Position numbers and translations under genes: made by a program. Under the pieces are notes generated by a model. That model ran no database searches. It was not told the DNA's origin and worked only from the letters and a program-made list of their open reading frames with translations. A DNA stretch of 40,526 bases from a candidate division WOR-3 bacterium (GTDB taxonomy: Bacteria > Hydrothermota > Tepidihabitantia > Tepidihabitantales > Tepidihabitantaceae), in contig CBFGIY010000013.1 in assembly GCA_965648935.1 (NCBI GenBank), forward strand, positions 1 to 40,526, read 5' to 3'. This document shows, in pieces, positions 26,009 through 35,519 of this stretch. Position 1 is the first letter of the stretch. The number at the start of each line of letters is the position of its first letter.

Positions 26009-26632
26009 TTGACTGAACAGGCCGGAATCGGGCCGCTTCTCTTGTCGCTGTGCTTCGGGTTCGCCTGCGGCTCGATACCGTTCGGTTACCTGATCGGCCG
26101 GTTGCGCGGCGTCGATGTCCGTGCCCGGGGCTCGGGCAGCATCGGCTTCACCAATGTCCAGCGCAGCGTCGGCCTCGCCTGGGGACTGCCCGTCCTCGCA
26201 CTTGACATCGCCAAAGGCGCGCTGCCCCCGACACTCGCCGCCGGGATGGGCCTCGTCCCGGCCATCGTGGGTCTCGGCTGCGTGCTCGGCCACGTCTTCA
26301 CGCCCTGGCTTGGATTCCGCGGCGGCAAGGGAGTTGCCACGGCGCTGGGCGTCTGGGGAGTCCTGCTCGGCTGGTGGGCCCTGCCGCTCTACGCTGCCTA
26401 CATCGCGCTCCTCGCGCTGTTCGGCTACGTGTCCGTGGCGTCGCTCGGGTATGCACTGCTCATTACCCCGGTCGTCGCGCTCAACCACAACGCTCATTCG
26501 TCGCTTCTGGTGCCGGCAGTGGCGACGGCGCTGGTGATCATCCTGCGGCATACCGACAACATCAGACGGCTCGTGGCTGACGAGGAGCCGAAGCTCGGGC
26601 TCTGGCTCAAGCTGATGCGAAAAGGCAAATGA
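26009..26632 (+). CDS. plsY: Glycerol-3-phosphate acyltransferase PlsY
   Basis: GSIPFG, GSGSIGFTNV, DIAKG, GHVF..W..FRGGKGVAT, RHTDNIRRL. Confidence 0.93.
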   Translation: MTEQAGIGPLLLSLCFGFACGSIPFGYLIGRLRGVDVRARGSGSIGFTNVQRSVGLAWGLPVLALDIAKGALPPTLAAGMGLVPAIVGLGCVLGHVFTPWLGFRGGKGVATALGVWGVLLGWWALPLYAAYIALLALFGYVSVASLGYALLITPVVALNHNAHSSLLVPAVATALVIILRHTDNIRRLVADEEPKLGLWLKLMRKGK

Positions 26633-27624
26633 GCAAGCTGGCGTTCATAGGGTCTGGCCGTTGGGCAACCGCGCTGGCGTTGCGCCTCGCCAGGCTGTTT
26701 GACAGAGTCAGTCTCTACGACTCGAACCCTTCAGCGGTCCGACGCGTGCAGGCGCGGCAGCCACACCTCGACCTGCCCGAAGCTCCAAGCCTGCCCGAGT
26801 CGGTATCCGCCACCGACGACCCGGCAGCGGCCTGCGCGAGGGCCGACTTCGTCATATTCGCGACGCCGTCGTCCGTGGTGTCGACGGTCGCCGAACTTGT
26901 CCGACCGGTCCTGCCCGGCACCACAGTTGTGATAACGGTCACGAAAGGCTTTGACCCGAGTACCGATGAACGGCTGTCGGTCGTCCTCAGCCGCCGTATC
27001 GGCCGTCCGGTAGTCGTGCTCGCCGGCCCTGGCATCCCCTATGACTTCGCCCTCGGCGACCCGACCTCACTGGTCGCGGCATCCACCGACGAGACCCTGG
27101 CCGACCGCGTGCGCGACAGCCTCACGTTCGACAACCTGCGTGTCTATTCACAGCCCGACATCGTCGGCGTCGAGGTCGGCGCGGCGACGAAGAACATCAT
27201 CGCACTCGCCGCAGGGATCGGCGACGGACTCGGCCTGGGCATCAACGCGAAGTCGGCGCTGGTCGCGCGGGGTCTGGCCGAGATGACCCGGCTGGGCCGG
27301 GCGCTGGGCGCCGACGCGGCGACGTTCGGCGGTCTGGCCGGTGTCGGGGACCTTGTTGTCACCGCCTTCTCCGACCGCTCGCGCAACTACTCGCTCGGCC
27401 GCCGCATCGGCAAGGGCGACAGCCTGTCATCGGCCCGCGCCGCGCTCGGCGGCGTCATCGAGGGTGTGGACGCCTGCGTCACCGCGACGAGGATCGCCCG
27501 GCAGAGCGGCATCGAGCTGCCCATCGCCGAAGAGGTCCGCAGCATACTTCACGAGGGCCGCGAGCCGAGCGCCGCGCTGCGCCGGCTGATGGCCCGGCCG
27601 CCCCGAAAGGAGGTCTGGTCTTGA
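26629..27624 (+). CDS. gpsA: NAD(P)H-dependent glycerol-3-phosphate dehydrogenase
   Basis: GSGRWATAL, TKG, GVEVGAATKNIIA, GLAGVGDLVVT, SRN, IEG; adjacent to plsY. Confidence 0.92.
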   Translation: MSKLAFIGSGRWATALALRLARLFDRVSLYDSNPSAVRRVQARQPHLDLPEAPSLPESVSATDDPAAACARADFVIFATPSSVVSTVAELVRPVLPGTTVVITVTKGFDPSTDERLSVVLSRRIGRPVVVLAGPGIPYDFALGDPTSLVAASTDETLADRVRDSLTFDNLRVYSQPDIVGVEVGAATKNIIALAAGIGDGLGLGINAKSALVARGLAEMTRLGRALGADAATFGGLAGVGDLVVTAFSDRSRNYSLGRRIGKGDSLSSARAALGGVIEGVDACVTATRIARQSGIELPIAEEVRSILHEGREPSAALRRLMARPPRKEVWS

Positions 27625-27965
27625 GCGCTGACAGGTATTACTCGGTCACCGAGGCCTGCGCCGAACTGGGAATCGAGCCTCACGTCCTGCGCTACTGGGA
27701 AGAGCAGTTCGAAATCCGGCTCAAGCGAAACTCGGCCGGCCGCCGCATCGTGTCTGCCGACCAGCTCACCAAGCTCAGGCTAATCAAGCACCTGCTGCAC
27801 AAGGAGAAATTGACCATCAAGGGCGCGCGCCGCCGGCTCGGCCAGTCCGGCCCGACCGCTTCCGGCGAGTTGCCCATTGACGCTCGCCCGTCGCTGTTCT
27901 GGTTGAAGAAGGAACTGCTTGGCTTGAAGAAACTCGCCGAGCGGCTGCCCTCTGGCCAGTTCTAG
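27621..27965 (+). CDS. MerR-family HTH transcriptional regulator
   Basis: YSVTEAC.ELGIEPHVLRYWEEQF...RNSAGRR...IKHLL....TIKGAR. Confidence 0.85.
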   Translation: MSADRYYSVTEACAELGIEPHVLRYWEEQFEIRLKRNSAGRRIVSADQLTKLRLIKHLLHKEKLTIKGARRRLGQSGPTASGELPIDARPSLFWLKKELLGLKKLAERLPSGQF

Positions 27966-28525
27966 CGCCGGGTCAGCCAGAGCATCGGGTCGACCGACTT
28001 GCCGCCGACCCGGAACTCCAGGTGCAGCGTGTCTCCGCTCGCGCCGATTCTCTGTCCGCGTCCGACGCGCTCACCCAGCCTGACGCCAATCTCGGCCAGG
28101 CCGGAATAGACGCTGTGCCGGCGCCCGCCGTGCTCGATGATGACGGTGTTGCCGTAGCCCATGAACCGGTCAGCAAACCCGACGACACCGCTGTCGACCG
28201 CGGTCACAGCCGCGCCGCGCACCGTCCGGATATCGATCCCGCGATTGACTGTGCGGGTGCCGTACTTCGGGTCCGACTTGCTGCCGAATGTGCCAACAAC
28301 CTCGCCTTGTGCAGGCCAGGGCAGCGTGCCCATCCCCTGCGTATTGTCGGCTGGCGCTTCGCGCGGCGGCAGAGCAGGCGGACGCCGGGCGGCACCGCGG
28401 CCGTAGCGGGGAGATTCGCTGTACAGCGGCCCGCACCCGGCCGCAATGAGCGATGCCATAAGACCGAACCGCACGGCCCGCGCCGCGGCTCCGCAGAACC
28501 TGACTTCAACACGCATCGAATTCAC
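27962..28525 (-). CDS. M23/LytM-domain lipoprotein, NlpD/EnvC-like with degenerate active site; start uncertain
   Basis: Lipobox IAAGC; LPWPAQG, NRGIDI, GYGNTVIIEH, YSGL, LHLEFR, VDP..WL. Confidence 0.8.
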   Translation of the reverse strand: MNSMRVEVRFCGAAARAVRFGLMASLIAAGCGPLYSESPRYGRGAARRPPALPPREAPADNTQGMGTLPWPAQGEVVGTFGSKSDPKYGTRTVNRGIDIRTVRGAAVTAVDSGVVGFADRFMGYGNTVIIEHGGRRHSVYSGLAEIGVRLGERVGRGQRIGASGDTLHLEFRVGGKSVDPMLWLTRR

Positions 28526-28597
28526 TCACTTACTACAGGTCAACGGGCGACAAGTCAACAAGTTTGGCGCGGCCGGAGCGCTGGAGCCGCCCATCGC

Positions 28598-28626
28598 TTG
28601 ACAATCAGCCGCCCCGGCCATAGTCT
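28598..28626 (+). promoter_or_regulatory. Promoter for leaderless purM
   Basis: TTGACA(28598-28603), 17 bp, TAGTCT(28621-28626); GTG 5 nt later. Confidence 0.65.
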
Positions 28627-28631
28627 TCGCC

Positions 28632-29630
28632 GTGCTGTACCGCGACGCCGGCGTCGACATCGACGCGATGGATGGGGTCAAGCGGGCGATCGGCCGGCTT
28701 GCCCGGCTCACCCGTACACCCGATGTGCAGTCCGACATCGGCCTTTTCGGTTCGCTCTACCGCTCTCCGGGAGGCCCGAACAACCTGCTTGTCGCGAGCT
28801 GCGACGGCGTCGGCACCAAGCTCATCATCGCCCGGATGATGGGCCGGTTCGACACCGTCGGCATCGACATCGTCAACCACTCGGTCAACGACATCCTGAC
28901 CCTTGGCGCCCGTCCCCTTTTCTTCCTCGACTACATCGCCCACTCTGACCTTGCGCCGAACCGGCTGGTCGAGATAGTCCGCGGCCTGTCCCGCGCCTGC
29001 CGCGCCAACGGCTGCGCCCTGGTCGGCGGCGAGACCGCGATGATGCCCGGCATCTATGGGCCGGGAGACTTTGACCTGGTCGGCTTCATCGTCGGGGCAG
29101 TTGACCGCCGACGGCTCCTCGACGCGCGCCGGCTCAGGCCCGGCGACATCGCCATCGGCCTGCCCTCATCCGGACTGCACACCAACGGCTACTCGCTCGC
29201 GCGCCGCGTGCTCATTGACGAAGCCCGGCTTGACCTCGCCCGCCGCCCCGCCGGCCTCAGCGAACCGCTTGGAACCGCGCTGTTGCGGCCGCACCGCTCG
29301 TATCTCAAGCCGGTAACGCCGCTTCTGCCTCGAATCAAAGCCATCGCCCACATCACCGGCGGCGGCTTCTACGACAACATCGAACGCCTGCTGCCAGACG
29401 AGACTTCGTGCATCATCGACCGCAAAGCCTGGCGACCGCCCGCGCTGTTCCGGCTCATTCAGGAGCTCGGGTCAGTACCCGACGAGGAGATGTACCGGAC
29501 GTTCAACATGGGCATCGGGATCGTCCTGTTCGTCGCGCCGGCCCAGGCCGACGCGATCGCGCAGAGCATACCCGGCGGCCGCATCATCGGCCGCCTGGTC
29601 CGCGGCACCTTCGGCACCGCTGTCGCCTAA
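28632..29630 (+). CDS. purM: Phosphoribosylformylglycinamidine cyclo-ligase (AIR synthetase)
   Basis: YRDAGVDI, DGVGTK, FFLDY, GGETAMMPG, SSGLHTNGYSL, HITGGG, EMYRTFNMGIG. Confidence 0.96.
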   Translation: MLYRDAGVDIDAMDGVKRAIGRLARLTRTPDVQSDIGLFGSLYRSPGGPNNLLVASCDGVGTKLIIARMMGRFDTVGIDIVNHSVNDILTLGARPLFFLDYIAHSDLAPNRLVEIVRGLSRACRANGCALVGGETAMMPGIYGPGDFDLVGFIVGAVDRRRLLDARRLRPGDIAIGLPSSGLHTNGYSLARRVLIDEARLDLARRPAGLSEPLGTALLRPHRSYLKPVTPLLPRIKAIAHITGGGFYDNIERLLPDETSCIIDRKAWRPPALFRLIQELGSVPDEEMYRTFNMGIGIVLFVAPAQADAIAQSIPGGRIIGRLVRGTFGTAVA

Positions 29631-29631
29631 T

Positions 29632-30606
29632 TCAGCCGCGCGGGTGAAACGTGCGGTGGACCTCGCGCACGTAGTCGCGGTCCACGCTGGTGTAGATCTG
29701 GGTCGTCGCGATCTGGCTGTGACCGAGAAGCTCCTGAACAACGCGCAGGTCGGCCCCGCCCTCAAGCAGGTGGGTCGCAAACGAATGCCGGAAAGTGTGC
29801 GCGGTCACCCTGCGCTTGAACCCGCTGGAGTCGACGACCCTCTTGAGGATCTTGTGAAATCCCATCCGCGAAAGACGCCCGCCCCGGGCATTGAGAAACA
29901 GATAAGGACTGACCCTGCGGCCTGCGTAGCGGGGCCGGGCAAGCTCGAGGTACCGGCGCAACGCCTCCACCGCTGGCTGGCCGATCGGAACGACGCGCTC
30001 CTTGCCGCGCTTTCCCGAGACCCGCACGAAGCGGTCTGTGAGCGACACGTCGGCCGACTTCAGGCCGAGCAGTTCGGACACCCGCAGCCCGCAGGCGTAG
30101 GCCGTCTCAACCATAGCCCGCGCGCGCAGGCTCCAGAAACGGTCCTGCGGGTCGTCACAGGCCTCGATGAGCTGACTCACCTCTGACTGCGAAAGAACTG
30201 ACGGCAGGCGCCGCGACGCGCGCGGCAGCTCGATGTCGTCAAACGGGTCTGCGCCAAGCCGACCCGTGTCCTGCAGGAAACGCCCGAAAGAGCGCAGCGC
30301 CGAGAACTTGCGCGCCATCGAGCTGCGGTTCAGGCCGGCGCGTCCCAGACGTCCCAGGAAAGCCTCGCCGGCCGACCGTGTCAGAGTCTCGGGCCGGACC
30401 GCCACGCCCGGCTCGCCTGAAAGAAACTGCCGGACATCGACCAGGTAAGCCGAGGCTGACGCTCGACTGACACCGCGGTCGCCAAGAAGCCAGGCCTCGA
30501 AACCGGCGAGCAGCGCCTCAGCGGCCGGGTCCCTGCTGTCCGCTGTCGGTCTTGCTGATGACCGTGTCTTTCTGATAGTCAGGGTTCCTGTCGGGATGGT
30601 CTTCAT
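29632..30606 (-). CDS. xerD: Site-specific tyrosine recombinase XerD-like; start uncertain
   Basis: LPSVLS, YACGLRVSEL, GKRGKERVVP, HTFRHSFATHLLEGGADLRVVQELLGH, TTQIYT, HPRG. Confidence 0.88.
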   Translation of the reverse strand: MKTIPTGTLTIRKTRSSARPTADSRDPAAEALLAGFEAWLLGDRGVSRASASAYLVDVRQFLSGEPGVAVRPETLTRSAGEAFLGRLGRAGLNRSSMARKFSALRSFGRFLQDTGRLGADPFDDIELPRASRRLPSVLSQSEVSQLIEACDDPQDRFWSLRARAMVETAYACGLRVSELLGLKSADVSLTDRFVRVSGKRGKERVVPIGQPAVEALRRYLELARPRYAGRRVSPYLFLNARGGRLSRMGFHKILKRVVDSSGFKRRVTAHTFRHSFATHLLEGGADLRVVQELLGHSQIATTQIYTSVDRDYVREVHRTFHPRG

Positions 30607-32104
30607 TGAAGTGCAGGCCGCGTGATTCGGGGCGCCGCCGGGCGCAGGCCACGATGAGCCGGGCCGCGTCCAGCAGATTGGCAAGCTCGACTGCCGCGAC
30701 CGTCAGCGCCGGGCAGGCAGCGGCCAGCCGCTCGGTCATTCGGGCGATTTCCTGCTCCGCCTGCTCGAGTCCGCGGTCGCTGCGCACGATTCCCGCGCCC
30801 TGCCACATCACGTCCTGCACCTGCCGGCGCAACTCGGCCAGCAGCTCGTCACAAGTTCGGGAACCGGCGCGCCGCCGTGACCCGACCGGGCAGGGCCGCG
30901 CCGGCATGCGCGCCGCGGCTGCCTCGACCGCACGGTCGGCAAAGACCAGCGCTTCAATGAGCGAGTTCGAAGCAAGCCGGTTGGCTCCGTGCAGGCCGGT
31001 GCACGCGCACTCGCCGGCGGCGAGCAGACCCGGCACGTTCGTCTCGGCGCGGTCGTTGGTGAGCAGGCCACCGCAGGCGTAGTGCGCCGCCGGCACGACC
31101 GGTATCGGCTGCAGCGCGACATCGATGCCCATCTCCCGGCACTTCGCTGTGATGGTCGGAAAGCGCTCGGCGATGCGTGCCGGGTCAAGATGTGTCGCGT
31201 CGAGCAGCACGTACTCGTCGCCCCGCCGCTTGAGCTCGCTCGCTATCGCGCGGGCAACCACGTCGCGCCGCGCCAGCGAGCCCGCCGGGTCATAGGCGTC
31301 CATGAACGCCGTGCCGTCGCGCGCGCGCAGTATCGCCCCTTCGCCGCGCAACGCCTCCGAAACGAGGAATACCCGGTCGCCCTCCCGGCTGCCATAGAGC
31401 GAAGTCGGATGGAACTGGATGAACTCCATGTTCGCAACCTGTGCCCCGGCGCTGTAACCCATCGCCAGCCCGTCGCCCGTGGCGATGCGCGGGTTGGTCG
31501 TATGCCGGTAGACCTGCCCGACCCCGCCGGTGGCGAGCAGCGTTGCGCGGGCGTACGCAGGCTCGACCGCGCCGCTGCGCGTGTCAAGCAGCAGGGCACC
31601 GCAGCACGCGCCGCCCTCGTCAAGCACGAGCTCGAGCGCGAAGTGGTCCTCGAGCAGCGTCACCCCGTTCAGCGCGTGTACCGCATGGAGCAGCCCCCGC
31701 TCGACCTCGGCCCCGGTGCAGTCGTGCGCGCGCACGATACGCCGCCGCCGGTGCCCGCCCTCGCGGCCCAGGTCGAAGTGTACCTGCCCGGCCGCGTCAC
31801 GGTAGGTGTTGAATGCGACGCCAAGGTCGTAGAGCTCGCGCAACAGGCGCGGCCCGGTCTCGGTCACCAGCCGGACGACATCGGGCCGGGCAAGCCCGTC
31901 GCCCGACGCAATCGTGTCTTCGTAGTGGTATTCGGGGTTATCGTCGGCCGCAACCGCAGCGGCGATGCCGCCCTGCGCGTAGTTGGTGTTGGACTCGGAA
32001 TCGGCCTTCTTGGTGACGACAAGGACCCGGCCATGGCGCGCCGCCTTCTGGGCGAACCACAGGCCCGCTATGCCCGAACCGACAACAAGGAAGTCAAACT
32101 GCAC
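30518..32104 (-). CDS. nadB: L-aspartate oxidase
   Basis: GSGIAG, SNTNYAQGGIAA, REGGH, QFHPT, SEALRGEG, PAAHY.CGG, GLHGANRLASNSL, ESRGLH. Confidence 0.95.
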   Translation of the reverse strand: MQFDFLVVGSGIAGLWFAQKAARHGRVLVVTKKADSESNTNYAQGGIAAAVAADDNPEYHYEDTIASGDGLARPDVVRLVTETGPRLLRELYDLGVAFNTYRDAAGQVHFDLGREGGHRRRRIVRAHDCTGAEVERGLLHAVHALNGVTLLEDHFALELVLDEGGACCGALLLDTRSGAVEPAYARATLLATGGVGQVYRHTTNPRIATGDGLAMGYSAGAQVANMEFIQFHPTSLYGSREGDRVFLVSEALRGEGAILRARDGTAFMDAYDPAGSLARRDVVARAIASELKRRGDEYVLLDATHLDPARIAERFPTITAKCREMGIDVALQPIPVVPAAHYACGGLLTNDRAETNVPGLLAAGECACTGLHGANRLASNSLIEALVFADRAVEAAAARMPARPCPVGSRRRAGSRTCDELLAELRRQVQDVMWQGAGIVRSDRGLEQAEQEIARMTERLAAACPALTVAAVELANLLDAARLIVACARRRPESRGLHFNEDHPDRNPDYQKDTVISKTDSGQQGPGR

Positions 32105-32145
32105 GGGCTTGAGGCCGGGAGCTTGCGCCCCTCCGGCAGGCTCCC

Positions 32146-32811
32146 CTAGAAACCGACGGCAAGGCCGATGCCGGGCGCGTCGTCCGGGGCGTCAAGGCGA
32201 ACCCGCCGCGCTTCAGCCGGGACGCGCGCGAAAAATGCGCAGTCCACCACGCTCACGAGCCGGCCGAGCAGCAACGCCCCGGTCGCAAACTGAGCCTGCA
32301 AAGCCGCGCTGCGCGCGCTCTTGCGGATGGAGTAATAGCGAAGGCGCGCCGAGTCCGAACTCCAGTCCCAGGCCTCGTTGCCGAAGTAGCCGTTGGCCAG
32401 GTAGTAGTCGTGCTGTGCCTGCGGGTTGTTGGGGTAGCGCGCCCGCGCATCGCGGCGGACGTCCTCATTGAACTGCTCGGCATTATCGTATCGCTCCAGC
32501 GCGCGCAGGTACGCCGGCTTGTTGACCACGGTCACTGCCCCGGCCTCGCGGCCGGCATAGAGGAACGCATCGCGCTCGCGCTGCGAACGCGCCCAGATCG
32601 AGCCGCCGTAAAAGGCCCACACCCCGGCGTCGACCCAGAGCATCGCCTCGCCACGGCCGCGCTCGCCCAGCAGCAACTGGCCGCTGCCGGGCAACGCTGC
32701 CGAGGCGAGTATCGCGGCGCCGCGTCCCGGCGCAGCCGCAGCCACGGCCATCGCACCGACCGCAAACAGCAGTGAAATCTTCAGTGTCTTCAAGTCCGGT
32801 ACCTCCGTCAT
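32146..32811 (-). CDS. Hypothetical membrane/outer-membrane protein (SAxxPGxGQ motif, DUF5683-like)
   Basis: ATGA overlap with upstream stop; ASAALPGSGQL; C-terminal GIGLAVGF beta-signal-like end. Confidence 0.6.
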   Translation of the reverse strand: MTEVPDLKTLKISLLFAVGAMAVAAAAPGRGAAILASAALPGSGQLLLGERGRGEAMLWVDAGVWAFYGGSIWARSQRERDAFLYAGREAGAVTVVNKPAYLRALERYDNAEQFNEDVRRDARARYPNNPQAQHDYYLANGYFGNEAWDWSSDSARLRYYSIRKSARSAALQAQFATGALLLGRLVSVVDCAFFARVPAEARRVRLDAPDDAPGIGLAVGF

Positions 32812-35519
32812 CGAACTATCAGCTTGCGCGCCGTTGCCTGCCCGCCGTTTCTGACAACGACGAAGTATGCCCCTGCCGCGTTGAGGGCAAGCCTCCCGTC
32901 GTTGGCCGAGGCGATACGCCGGCCCGAAGCATCGTAGACATCCGCCCGGCCCGCGCCTGGCCACAGATCCAGCGGTTGGCCCCGACGGACAATGCCGGGC
33001 AGACGCAGAGCCTGGCCGGCTGGCACGGCCGGCCGCGAGGCAATTCCGACCAGGTCCCAGTCGGTCAGCTTGGCGAATATGTCGAAACCGCGGCGCCGGC
33101 GGTTGTCGGTCCAGGCGAACGCCACGACCGAACGGCTCGCAGCCACGCTCTGGCCCACGGTCCAGTGTGAGTTGTGCGGGAAAAGCGGCGGGTCGCTGAC
33201 CCGCTGGTTGACGCTTATCGGCGTGCCGTCGGCCCGGAACCGCTGGCAGTATATTTCGGGGCAGCCGGGCACGCCGCGCTCGTCATTGAACATCACGGCA
33301 AGGCGGCCGTCCTCGTCATAGGCCAGGCTCGGACCGTAGGCATCGGCCTCGTACGGCCCGTCGTTGACGCGGCGGTTGTCCCCGGCCGGCTCGCCCAGCC
33401 GGTCGAAGAACTGCAGGTAGACATCGTAGCGGTCGTTGCGCGTGTCCTCCCAGGCGACCGCGAACCCGCCGTCCTCAGCCACGGCCACGGCCGGATAGCC
33501 GTTGTAGCGCCCGGTGCCCTCATTGACCAGTCGGTTGGCCCCGACCGCGGCGCCGTCCGGCCCGTAGAGCTGACAATAGATATCGGCGTTGCCGCGCCGG
33601 TAGTCCATCCAGGCCGCGACCGTTACCCCGGCGCGGTTGGCCGCGACCGAACCGTAGATGCCCTGCGCCGCAGAGTCGTCGCTCACCGAAGCGTCCGGCC
33701 CGAGCGGACTGCCATCCGGCCCGATGCGGCGCCGGAAGACCTGGTACACGCCGCGGCGCGTGTCCATCCATATGACCGTCGCGATATCCTGCGAATCGAC
33801 GGAGCAGTAAGGGTACCACTGTGACGCACCCGGCACGTCGGCGTTGACCATGAAGTTCGCGCCGACCGGCAGGCCGTTGCCGTCCAGCAACTGGGCATAG
33901 ATGTGATAGCCGTTGCGGCCGTCCGACCACGCCGCGATGAACCGGTTCTGCCCGCCGGCCACGGCCGCGTAGTACTGCGGCGCGCCGGACGGCCCGTCGT
34001 CGTTCAGGCGGCGGTTGGTTCCGAGCGGCTGACCCGCATCGTCCAGAAATGTCGAATAGATGTCGGCCGTGCCGTTGCGCTCATCCTCCCACGCGACCAG
34101 AATCCGGCCGGCCGTGTTCATCCCGATTGACGAAACGCGCTGCTGCGAACTGGCCGTGTCGTCGCTGACCCGGAAGTTGCCGCCCACCGGGCTGCCGCCG
34201 CGGTCAAGCCGCTGGGCATAGATGTCGGCGTCGCCTGCCCGCCGGTCTGCCCATGCAACCCACCAGCCGCCATCCGGCGCCGCGGCCGCAGCGGGCTGGT
34301 TCTGCGCTGCCGACCCGGCCGGCTCGCTCACCCGCAACGACGCCCCGAGCGGCGTGCCGTCGGCCGCGAACCGGCGCAGGTACACCGCGTCGCCGCCGCC
34401 CCGGCGGTCGGTCCACGCGACCGCGAATTCGCCGAAGCGGTTGGCCGCCGCGGCGCAGGCGAACTGATCCGCGCTGCCCGCATCGTCGCTCACGCGGAAG
34501 TTCGGTCCAACCGCCTGTCCGGTCGCATCAAATACCTGCGCATACACATCCCACTCGCCGCGCCGCCGGTCTTCCCAGCAGACGATGAAACCGCCGCCCG
34601 GCGCGCAGGCTACTGAAGGCGCCCACTGAATGCTGTCATCGGTCGTTACCTGGAAGTTCGCGCCGAGCCGCGCCCGGTTGCGGTCGAAACGCTGGATGAA
34701 GATGTTCCAGTCATAGGGATTACGGCCCCGTCCGTCCATCCAGGCGACCACAAACCGACCCGCGCTGTCGCCGCTTACCCCGGGCTGGTACTGGTTTGCC
34801 GCGCCCAGCGGGTCGTCGTTGACGCGGAAGTTCGTGTCAAGCGGGGCGCCGTTCGGGGCGAAGAACTGGGCAAAGATATCGCCGGTGAGTCCGAACCGGC
34901 GGTCGTCCCAGGCGAAGAGCGCCATGCCGTCCGGCCCCGCAAACACGCCTGAGTCAATCTGGTCGCCAGGCACTCCTGAATCGCTCACGCGGAAGTTGGC
35001 CCCGGCGCGCCCCCCGCCCTGGTCCAGCTCCTGCCCGAACAGGTCGCCGTTGCCGATCTCGCGCCGGTCGTGCCAGGCCATCAGGTAGCGCGCACCGGCC
35101 GCGCAGGACGGTTCGCCCTGCCATCCCAGGCCCACGTCTTCATTGGCCCGCTCGTTCACGCCGATCGGCCGGCCCGTGCTGTCCAGCATCTGGTACCAGA
35201 CATCGGCGTCGCCCTCGCGGAAGTCGTACCACGCCAGAAGCACCCGGCCGGCCGCATCGACCGCGATGTCCGGCGCGAGATTGTTGCCGCCGCCGCTGGT
35301 GTCATCGTTGCAGGGGAAGTCGGGCCGGATAACGCTGTCCCCGGGCCAGACCGGCAGAACCCGAAACGGGGCAGTGCGGCGCGGAGCCGCGAACCCGTCG
35401 GGCAGCGGCCTCGGATTGTCGGGCGACTTGAGCCGGGCCAGCCGGACAACCGACGTGTCCGGTGCCCGGGCCGCCGCAAGCAGCGGAACGAGCATCATAG
35501 CGGCAAGAAACCGCATCAT
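32808..35519 (-). CDS. Secreted 14-repeat (probable double 7-bladed propeller) protein with C-terminal sorting-type domain
   Basis: Signal peptide MMRFLAAMMLVPLLAAA; 14 ~54-aa repeats Q..P.VA....G...VAW.D.R.G..DIY.Q..D..G...G.NF.V.D; VYDASGRR...AGAYFV...KLIVR. Confidence 0.8.
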   Translation of the reverse strand: MMRFLAAMMLVPLLAAARAPDTSVVRLARLKSPDNPRPLPDGFAAPRRTAPFRVLPVWPGDSVIRPDFPCNDDTSGGGNNLAPDIAVDAAGRVLLAWYDFREGDADVWYQMLDSTGRPIGVNERANEDVGLGWQGEPSCAAGARYLMAWHDRREIGNGDLFGQELDQGGGRAGANFRVSDSGVPGDQIDSGVFAGPDGMALFAWDDRRFGLTGDIFAQFFAPNGAPLDTNFRVNDDPLGAANQYQPGVSGDSAGRFVVAWMDGRGRNPYDWNIFIQRFDRNRARLGANFQVTTDDSIQWAPSVACAPGGGFIVCWEDRRRGEWDVYAQVFDATGQAVGPNFRVSDDAGSADQFACAAAANRFGEFAVAWTDRRGGGDAVYLRRFAADGTPLGASLRVSEPAGSAAQNQPAAAAAPDGGWWVAWADRRAGDADIYAQRLDRGGSPVGGNFRVSDDTASSQQRVSSIGMNTAGRILVAWEDERNGTADIYSTFLDDAGQPLGTNRRLNDDGPSGAPQYYAAVAGGQNRFIAAWSDGRNGYHIYAQLLDGNGLPVGANFMVNADVPGASQWYPYCSVDSQDIATVIWMDTRRGVYQVFRRRIGPDGSPLGPDASVSDDSAAQGIYGSVAANRAGVTVAAWMDYRRGNADIYCQLYGPDGAAVGANRLVNEGTGRYNGYPAVAVAEDGGFAVAWEDTRNDRYDVYLQFFDRLGEPAGDNRRVNDGPYEADAYGPSLAYDEDGRLAVMFNDERGVPGCPEIYCQRFRADGTPISVNQRVSDPPLFPHNSHWTVGQSVAASRSVVAFAWTDNRRRRGFDIFAKLTDWDLVGIASRPAVPAGQALRLPGIVRRGQPLDLWPGAGRADVYDASGRRIASANDGRLALNAAGAYFVVVRNGGQATARKLIVR

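Noticed and set aside
28526..28558. Promoter for the M23 gene (TTGACT, 17 bp, TAGTAA)
   Set aside because: The -10 lacks the conserved final T, so it was left out of the promoter counts.
29632..30606. Tyrosine recombinase as a prophage or island integrase
   Set aside because: Motifs (HSFATHLLEGGADLRVVQELLGH, HPRG end) and core-gene context fit chromosomal XerD.
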